This document shows, in pieces, positions 1 through 7,900 of a DNA stretch of 13,732 bases (positions are counted from its first letter, which is position 1; the number at the start of each line of letters is the position of its first letter). Origin of the DNA: a bacterium. Lineage in GTDB: Bacteria; Zhuqueibacterota; Zhuqueibacteria; Oceanimicrobiales; Oceanimicrobiaceae. The notes under the pieces were generated by a model. The model searched no databases and was not told where the DNA came from. It was given only the letters and a program-made list of their open reading frames with translations. The position numbers were made by a program, and so were the translations under genes. The DNA is taken from positions 1-13,732 of the forward strand of contig JBHHXT010000120.1 in assembly GCA_046757165.1 (NCBI GenBank), written 5' to 3'.

Positions 1-46
1 CAAAGAAAAACCTTTGCGTATTCTTTGCGTCTCTGCGACTTTGCGT
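1..46. repeat. Array of four CTYTGCGW octamers, probably the right arm of a larger hairpin cut off by the window start
   Basis: ctttgcgt 12-19, ctttgcgt 23-30, ctctgcga 31-38, ctttgcgt 39-46. caaag (1-5) is the reverse complement of ctttg (12-16) around a 6-nt loop. Confidence 0.75.
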
Positions 47-63
47 GCGCTTTTAGTTTTCTT

Positions 64-206
64 TTCTTGGTTCCGGCTTGCCCGGGTTAGGGTGTTCACG
101 CTTTAGCGTGTTTTCCCCTCCCCCCAAGCTGAAGCTTGTACACCGAACACCCCCCGTCAGGAACCAGCTCAATTCAGGAAAAACACTTCTTGGTTCCGGC
201 TTGTCC
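64..206 (+). repeat. Direct repeat pair TTCTTGGTTCCGGCTTG(Y)CC
   Basis: 17-bp exact copies at 64-80 and 187-203, extending to 20 bp with one mismatch (64-83, 187-206). The second copy ends 1 nt from the serB stop codon. Confidence 0.85.
91..144. repeat. Inverted pair of 20-nt REP-like palindromes (REPIN-like doublet)
   Basis: 91-110 is GGTGTTCACGCTTTAGCGTG. The reverse complement of 125-144 is GGTGTACAAGCTTCAGCTTG (16/20 identical). Each unit has its own internal palindrome, and the spacer is 14 nt. Confidence 0.7.
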
Positions 207-207
207 C

Positions 208-1407
208 TCACGCCTGTTTCATCCTCAGCATATCCCGGTCCGTCGCCCCCAGACAGTACTGTAGCCCGACCAGGTTAGAAGCGGTCAGTTGTCCATCTGC
301 CACCTTTTTGAGCAGATCATGCGCGTTGAAGGCGATGCCCAGTCCAGCGTTCTTGAGCATGATTTCATCATTGGCGCCATCGCCGACCGCCACGATCTCT
401 TCCATGGACAATCCCTCACGCTCGGCCAGCTCGCGAACGATCTTGCCTTTGCCTTCGGCATCGATGATCCGGCCTTTCACTTTGCCGGTGAGCACACCGT
501 CTTCGATTTCCAGGTCATTTGCAAATGCGTGGTCGAAGCCCAGTTGCTCTTCCAAACGGTCGGCGAAGAACTTGAACCCGCCGGAAATCAGGGCGAGTTT
601 GAACCCCATGGCCTTGAGTGTCGAGACAAGCTCGTAGGTGCCGGCGGTCAATTGCATATCCTTTGCAACCTCCTCCAGCACCGAGACCGGCAGGCCCTTG
701 AGCAAAGCGACGCGTTGCCGCAAAGCGTCTTTGAATCCAATCTTCCCGGACATGGCACGGCCGGTAATCTGTGCAACCTGGTCGCCAACTTTTGCAGCGC
801 GCGCCAGCTCGTCGATCACTTCGCCGTCAATGATGGTGCGGTCCATATCGAATACTACCAGGCGCCGGCGTTGTCGAAACGGCGTGTCCGGTTGAATAAT
901 CGTATCAAACCCCACCTCATCGCAGGTGCGCTGAATCACATCCTTCAACACGGACAAATCGCGCAGCTCCGAGGCGTCCACCAGCATCTCCAGCGCCACC
1001 AGCTCGCCGCGCGCCAGATGGCGCATACGCTCGATATTCACGCGAAAATTCGCCAGCGCATTGCTGATGGCTTTCAAAATACCGACTTTGTCGCGCCCGA
1101 TGATGGTAAACACCTGCAAGCTCTTGTCCACGCGTTTGAGCGCGGCAGAAGGCTCCACGAGATCGATGTGCACATCCAGGGAAAGCGTTTTGGCGTTTCG
1201 CTTCAGGCGCAGACACGCCTCTTCGGCAGCCTCGGTCTTCTCGACCGGTTCGGTGATCATGAACATGACAAAGAGACCATGCAGCGCATTCTGCTCCACG
1301 GCCACGATGTTGAGCTTCGAGTCGGTCACCACCGAGCAGACATCGGCGATGAGATAGGGCTGATTGTTGCCAAAAACGGTCAGAACAATGTACTTGTTGT
1401 CGGGCAT
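208..1407 (-). CDS. serB: Phosphoserine phosphatase SerB, two N-terminal ACT domains plus HAD domain (399 aa)
   Basis: HAD motifs FDMDRT, ExIDELA, SGGF, conserved Lys (DAEGK), GDGAND and AGLGIAF are present. ACT-like domains: LTVFGNNQP and TIIGRDKVGI. ATG at 1407 is preferred over GTG at 1422 because the AAGGAG (1427-1422) overlaps the GTG. Confidence 0.93.
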   Translation of the reverse strand: MPDNKYIVLTVFGNNQPYLIADVCSVVTDSKLNIVAVEQNALHGLFVMFMITEPVEKTEAAEEACLRLKRNAKTLSLDVHIDLVEPSAALKRVDKSLQVFTIIGRDKVGILKAISNALANFRVNIERMRHLARGELVALEMLVDASELRDLSVLKDVIQRTCDEVGFDTIIQPDTPFRQRRRLVVFDMDRTIIDGEVIDELARAAKVGDQVAQITGRAMSGKIGFKDALRQRVALLKGLPVSVLEEVAKDMQLTAGTYELVSTLKAMGFKLALISGGFKFFADRLEEQLGFDHAFANDLEIEDGVLTGKVKGRIIDAEGKGKIVRELAEREGLSMEEIVAVGDGANDEIMLKNAGLGIAFNAHDLLKKVADGQLTASNLVGLQYCLGATDRDMLRMKQA

Positions 1408-1421
1408 TTTGGCTCGCTGCA

Positions 1422-1427
1422 CTCCTT
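1422..1427 (-). promoter_or_regulatory. Shine-Dalgarno for serB
   Basis: AAGGAG on the minus strand, 14 nt upstream of ATG 1407 (a longer spacing than usual). Confidence 0.55.
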
Positions 1428-1443
1428 GGCAGTTTTGGTGTGC

Positions 1444-1472
1444 ATAGTATGAAAAAATCGCAAAAATGTCAA
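1444..1472 (-). promoter_or_regulatory. sigma70-type promoter of serB
   Basis: On the minus strand: TTGACA (1472-1467), a 17-nt spacer, then TACTAT (1449-1444). The predicted TSS is near 1437. Confidence 0.8.
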
Positions 1473-1544
1473 GGCCAAGTTTCGCAAAAGTTATTCTTAC
1501 CCGTTCTTCGCTCTTTGTCTGTATTACTTATATTGTTATGCCAT

Positions 1545-1565
1545 ATACAAACCTTGTATTTGTAT
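1545..1565. promoter_or_regulatory. Candidate transcription-factor operator
   Basis: ATACAAA-N7-TTTGTAT inverted repeat, with a nested ATACAA-N3-TTGTAT and a tandem TTGTAT TTGTAT (1554-1565), between the divergent genes. Confidence 0.35.
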
Positions 1566-1595
1566 GAGACAGGCTAAGTGAACCTAAGATTAAGC

Positions 1596-1785
1596 AGCAG
1601 GTAAGGCAGGATTTGACGAGCATCAGCACTTTCAGCTCATGTAGCGTTTTTGAGATGACAAACACATAAATTCACAACCTCGAGCCAGCATCAATCTCCA
1701 CTGCCCCTTTTAACTAGCTCACACTATGGATTGAAGTGCTGACGCTTTGGTCTGTCAAAGCCTCACCTATCTCAGCTTACCTGCT
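1596..1785. ncRNA. Candidate structured RNA or fold-back element (~190-nt imperfect rod), family unknown
   Basis: Nested complementary segments: 1596-1605/1776-1785 (10 bp perfect), 1608-1617/1754-1763 (1 mismatch), 1619-1634/1732-1746 (1 mismatch, 1 bulge), 1642-1647/1721-1726 (1 mismatch), 1652-1656/1694-1698. Confidence 0.45.
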
Positions 1786-1869
1786 TCTCACGGTTCTTGA
1801 ATGCACGAGGATAAAATTTCTTCGCAGGGGGAAATAAACGCGACCTGTTGCGAAAAATGCCACAAAATG

Positions 1870-1875
1870 AAGGGG
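1870..1875 (+). promoter_or_regulatory. Shine-Dalgarno-like sequence for the giant CDS
   Basis: AAGGGG lies 9 nt upstream of ATG 1885. Confidence 0.55.
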
Positions 1876-1884
1876 TTTCGAAAG

Positions 1885-1971
1885 ATGCTAAACCGAAGCA
1901 GACTGCAAAAAAGCAGCGCCAGTCTCCTTTGTCTATTTCTATTGCAAGGACTCACCAGCCCGCTTTCCGGG
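1885..1971 (+). other. Sec signal peptide (29 aa), mature chain predicted to start with Gln
   Basis: MLNRSRLQKSSASLLCLFLLQGLTSPLSG|QTPT has a basic n-region, a hydrophobic h-region and P-L-S-G before Q. Confidence 0.65.
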
Positions 1972-4900
1972 CAAACGCCAACCCTCGAGAAAGTCACCAC
2001 GGGCGACATTGCCACCAACACGGGCAGCTCGCTGAGCAGTAACTGGGGGGACTACAACAGCGATGGCAAGCTCGATCTGTTCATCGCCAACACCGGGTTC
2101 GAAAGCAACTTCCTCTACACCGGCACAGGAGACTCCGTCTTCAACCGGGTCACTGCAGGGGACATTGTCAACGACTTCAACCCGGCGCAGTCGGGTACCT
2201 GGGGCGACTTCAACAATGACGGCCATCTCGATATCTTCGTCCCTTTCGAGATCCCGAACAACCGGTTGTACAGCAACAAGGGCAACGGCAGCTTCACGCC
2301 CATCACAACCGGCGCGCTTGTCAACGACGGCGGCCGCTCGCTGAGCGCTGCATGGGGGGATTACGATAACGACGGTTTCCTCGACCTGTTTGTCGCCAAC
2401 GACCAGGGCGAAAACGATTTCTTGTACAAAAACAACGGCGATGGCACCTTCACCAGGATGACCGACGGGCCCCCCGTCAACGATGGCGCAGACGGCGCGT
2501 GCGCGGCATGGGCAGACTACGACAATGACGGTGACCTGGATCTGTTCGTCGGCAACCAGAACAACCAAAACAACGCTTTATTTCAGAACAACGGCGACGG
2601 GACGTTCGCGGCGGTCACCCAGGGACCGGTGGTCAACGACGGCAAAAGTGCGCAGGGGGCGAGCTGGGGAGACTATGACAACGACGGCGACCTGGATTTG
2701 TTCGTGGCCAACGGACCCTTTGAGCAGAATTCAACGGATCTGGCCACCAACGCCCTTTATCAGAATAACGGCGATGGGACGTTCACGGAAATCACCCAGG
2801 GGCCGGTTGTCACCGACCTGACCGACGCCAATGGCTCGGCCTGGGGCGACACCGATAACGATGGCGACCTGGACCTGTTTGTCAGCACGTTTTCGGACGC
2901 CGCGGATAATCTGTTTTACATCAACAACGGGGATGGCACCTTCAGCAAGGTGACCAATGCAGCGACCTCCGAGTCGGGGTTTTCCACCGGCGCAAGCTGG
3001 GGAGATATCGACAATGATGGCGACCTGGATCTGTCGGTGGCGCAGCACTTCCAGAGCAACAATCTTCTCTTCGTCAATGAAGGAAACAGCAACAACTGGA
3101 TCAGCCTGACCCTGACTGGCATCCTGGCCAACAAAATGGCGATTGGTGCGAAAGTCAAGGTGTATGCGCAAATCGGCGGCGAGCAGGTCGGGCAGCTGCA
3201 GGAAATCTCCAGCCAGACCGGCCGCAACGGGCAGAACAGCCTGAACGCTGAGTTCGGACTGGGCGACGCTGCGGTGGTCGATTCCATTCGCATCATCTGG
3301 CCCTCTGGCGTCAGGCAGCTTCTCAAAAACGTGGCAATCAATCAATTCCTCCCCATCGAGGAGGATGTCAATCTCGAAAACCTGACGTTTACGCCTACCG
3401 AGGACAGCTACATCAAGATCGGGGAAAAAGACCTGAATTTTGGCGACAAAGAGACGGCAAAAATCGAACAAGGTAAGTTTGTCGCCTATCTGAAGTTTCA
3501 GGTCGACGGTGTCATTGACGAGGTTTTGAATGCCAAGGTGCAGTTGCAATGTGCCGACGGCAGCGACGACGGCGGCACGATTTTCGAGGCAGAAAATACC
3601 TTCAGAGGCACCAACCAGGCGTGGCAGGAAGAAACCCTGACTGCGGATAACGCGCCAGACCTCATCGGCCTGCCGCTGAGCGCGCTGGCAGAGGTCACCT
3701 TTGGCGAAACCGTTGAGTTCAATGTCACGCAAGCGGTGTCCAACAACGGCCTGTTCAGCTTTGCCATCCGCAGCAATTCCGCGGACATCGTGAAATATTT
3801 CATGAAAGAAGGGCAGACGCCGCCCAAGCTGATCTTACAGGTGATCGCCAACGAGGTCAATACCCCGCCGGTAGCAGAGAACGATATTGCCTCAACGCCG
3901 GTCGATGTGCCGGTCGACATTGCCGTGACCAACAACGACAGCGGCATCGATGACGGCCTTGATTTGAGCACCTTGACTGTGGTTTCGGGCCCGACAAACG
4001 GGACGGTGGCCGTGAATAACCTGACGGGTGTCATCACCTACTCGCCAAATGCTGGCTACGTCGGCGGCGACAGCTTCACCTACACGGTGCGGGACGACGC
4101 CGGGGCCATTTCAAATGTCGCAACCGTGACCCTCACCGTGCGGCCGCCCAATGTGCCACCTCTTGCCATCAACGACCAGGTCGCAACAACAGACGAAACA
4201 CCCGTCCAGATCCCAGTGCTCGTCAACGACACAGACGACGGCCAGCTCGTTCCGGGGAGCGTGACGGTGGTCACGCCGCCAGCACGGGGGACGGCAATCG
4301 TCAACCCGATCTCGGGCAGCGTCACCTACACGCCTGACCCCGGGTTTCTCGGCACGGACACGTTCACCTACACGGTGGAAGACAACGACGGCGCCGTCTC
4401 CAACGAGGCCACAGTCAGCGTTTCCGTCACCAAAGGAGCTGAGCTGGTGACGCTCACCTTCCAGCCCACAGATGACGCCCAGGTCAGAAGCCTGTCGCCA
4501 AAAAAGAATTTCGGCACCAAAACGACCTTGAAAGTGGATGCAGAGGAATTCAGCACATACCTGAAGTTCAACATCACCGGACTCATCGGGAACATCCAGA
4601 GTATCAAACTGCGGCTTCGGGTGACAGATGGCAAGGTCAACAGCAGCAAGAACGGCGGCAGTGTATTCCGGGTCTCCAACGATTTTATCGGGAGCGAGAC
4701 GCCCTGGACCGAGACCGAGATCAATTTCAAGAATGCACCCGTCACTTCGAGACCGCCCTTTGCCTCATTCGGTGCCGTCGAGCAGAACACGTGGGCTGAA
4801 GCCGACGTCCGCAGCATCATCACCGGAGAGGGGATCTACAGCTTCTGGATCGACAGCAACTCACCAGATCTGGCAAAGTACTACTCGAAGGAAGGGCCCT

Positions 4901-7900
4901 TTTCGCCCGAAATCGTGGTCACCACCCTGGCGATCGTCGGGAACACGCCCCCTGTGGCGAATGATGATGACATCAAAATACGCATCAACACGGCCGGGAC
5001 CTTCAGCGTCCTCGACAATGACTCGGACCCGGACGGTCAGCTTATGCCGGCCACCCTCACCCTGACGTCTCAACCGGCGCATGGCGCGGCGGATATCAAT
5101 CCCCTTACCGGTGAGATCACCTACACACCGAACACGGACTATCTTGGGGCAGACCAGTTTGCTTACACGGTCGAAGACAACGAAGGCGCGATTTCGAACC
5201 GGGCCACGGTTTCGATAACTGTGCTGCCGCCTAACGTGGCTCCGACGGCGGTGGACGATTTTGCCACCACCGTACAGGACCGGCCGGCGCAGGTCGATGT
5301 CGCCGCCAACGACGTCGACACCGACGGCCATATCGACTCGAGCACGGTCACCATTGTCGTCCCACCAAGCAGGGGCACAGCAACCGTCAACACAGCAACA
5401 GGGGTGATCACCTACTTCCCCCCGGCCGGATTTGTCGGCAGAGACAGCCTGACATACAGGGCAAACGATGACGATGGCGCGCCCTCGAATGAAGCCCGGG
5501 TCCAGATTACCGTCAGCAAAGCGCCGGAAGTGCGCATGGCCAGCTTCCGGCCTACGGATGACGCGCAGGTGAAAGCGACCGAAGCAAACACGAACTTCGG
5601 CGACCGGCCCACCAGCAAAATTCAACAAGACCGGTTCAGCGCCTACTTCAAATTCAATGTCAACAACCTGGAAGGAGAGGTCAGCAGTGCAAAGCTGAGA
5701 ATTCAGGTGACGGACTTCGCGGGAGATGGCGGTCCGAATGGCGGCTCGATCTACACGGTCTCCAACCAATTTGACGCCACGAACATCGATTGGGACGAAT
5801 CGCAGCTCACCTTCGCAAACGCGCCGGAAGCCACTGGCGCCCCCCTGAGCACCCTGGGGGCCGTCGAAGTCAACCAGGTGGTCGAGTTCGACGTGACACC
5901 GGCGGTGAGCGGTGACGGGATTGTGAGCTTCGCCATTCTCGGAGACAGCAACGACGAGGTGAAGTATTTCCTGAAAGAAAGCCTCTTCTCGCCGGTTCTG
6001 GTCGTGGAGACGTTCGTCATCCTGGAGAACCAGCCGCCGGTCGCACTGAATGACAACGTCAATGCCCGGCTGAACGAGGCGGCAACCATCGACGTCACCG
6101 CCAACGATAGCGACCCGGACGGCGCCATCGACCCGACCTCGGTCACCGTTGTGACGCAACCTGCCAGCGGAATCGTGAGCCCGGGAGGGGCGCCCAACTT
6201 GCTCACCTACACGCCCAACACCGATTTCATCGGAACCGACCACTTCACCTACCGGGTGAGAGACTTTGAAGGCGCGCCTTCGAACACGGCAACGGTGACG
6301 ATCACCATCCACCCGCCGAACCTGCCTCCGGTAGCCAACGACGATGTGGCGGCTACCCTGTCGGTTTTTCCTGTGGACATCGATGTTCTGGCTAATGATT
6401 CAGATAGCGATGGTACGCTGATCACGAGCACACTGACCATTGTGAGTGCGCCAACCAATGGAACGGCGACCGTCAGCCCGGCGACTGGCGTTATCACCTA
6501 CACCCCAAATGAGAATTTTGTCGGCCTGGAGACCTTTACCTACACCGTGACCGATGATGACGGCGCGACTTCAAACGCCGCCACCGTCACCCTCACGGTG
6601 AGCGAAGCTCCGGAAGTGGTGACTCTGACCTTCGGCGCCGACGAAGACGGCTATGTCAAGCACAATTCCGCACAAAGGTTTGGCACCCGCTCGACGGCAA
6701 AGATTGAAAAATCTCGCTACAGTTGTTTCTTCAAATTCGATATCTCGAGCGCCAGCGGCCAGATCAAGCGGGCCATCCTGAGATTGACGGTCACAGATGG
6801 CGTTGACGACGGCAGCAATGACGGCGGCACCGTCTTCCTGGTCTCGAACAACTTTTCCGACAGCACCGTGCCCTGGAACGAAGACGAGCTGAGCGATGTC
6901 AACTCGCCCCCTATCGCAGGAGCGCCCGTCGCGACGATTGCCGAGGTCAGCCCGAACCAGGTAGTTGAATTCGATGTCTCGAGCGTTGTCCGCCAACCAG
7001 GGATTTACAGTTTCGCCATGACGAGCAGCTCATCCGATCAGGCGAAATACTTCACCCATGAAAGCATTGCACCGCCGCAACTGGTGGTGGAAGCATTTAC
7101 CGAACCCGACAACACCCCGCCGTTCGCCGTGGACGACGACACCACCACAGGACGAGGCCAGGCGATACGGGTCAAGGTGCTGCGAAACGACAGGGATCTG
7201 GACGGCAGCATCAATCTCAATTCCATCCGGATCGCGAGTCAGCCCGCGGCCGGAGCAGCCGTTGCAGAGCCAGGCGGGGTTATCCGATACACCCCCAATG
7301 CGGCTTTCCTGGGATTCGACAGTTTCACCTACACCGTAGACGACAACGAAAGTGCCACCTCCAACGCGGCACGCGTCACGGTCGAAATCGTGGACAACAG
7401 CAGTTGGTCTGTGCTGGACACCGGCGTTGATTTTTCGGTGACCGCCATTGCAGCGCAAAACAATGAAGTCTATGCAGCCGGCACACGTGCCACCGACGGC
7501 AGCCATCATCTTTTTGTCTGGGACGGAGCGAGCTGGTCCGAGCAGACCAGCGGACTCGATGGCGCCATCAACGACATTGCGCTGCACAACGGTGACGTGT
7601 ACGTCGCCGGGGCATTCACAACCATCGGCGGGGTCAATGCCAAGCGGGTGGCGATGTGGGACGGCACCCAGTGGTCTGCGCTCGGGGATGGTTTGAACAA
7701 CACGGCTCATGCCATTGCCATCGATGGCAGCGATGTTTACATTGGCGGAGATTTCACCACCGCCGGGGGCCTGAGCGCGAACCGCGTTGCCAAATGGGAC
7801 GGCAGCGGATGGTCCGCGCTGGCAGATGGGTTTGACAACAGCGTGGCGGCCCTGGCAGTCAACGGCGGCGATTTGTTCGCGGGCGGCGCTTTCCAGAACA

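Noticed and set aside
1..206. CRISPR array
   Set aside because: There are only two copies of the 17-20-bp repeat, about 100 nt apart, and no cas genes.
78..278. 66-aa ORF, and similarly 1788-2021 and 13523-13714
   Set aside because: They run across repeats or overlap real genes and show no coding signals.
289..1452. 387-aa plus-strand ORF antisense to serB
   Set aside because: It is the codon-aligned shadow of serB in GC-rich DNA, with no recognisable motifs.
1632..1691. 19-aa minus-strand ORF (MLARGCEFMCLSSQKRYMS) inside the fold-back, as a possible type I toxin or leader peptide
   Set aside because: It is not hydrophobic, GGAG lies only 4 nt upstream, and ORFs this short are expected by chance.
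1596..1785. Known riboswitch (c-di-GMP-I, cobalamin, T-box) or tRNA/SRP identity for the fold-back
   Set aside because: I could not find the diagnostic motifs by eye. An Rfam scan is needed.
1801..1884. N-terminal extension of the giant ORF containing a CxxCH (CEKCH, 1849-1863) heme-like motif
   Set aside because: It lies upstream of the SD-supported ATG 1885 and of the signal peptide, and ATG 1801 has no SD. It is probably untranslated and a chance match.
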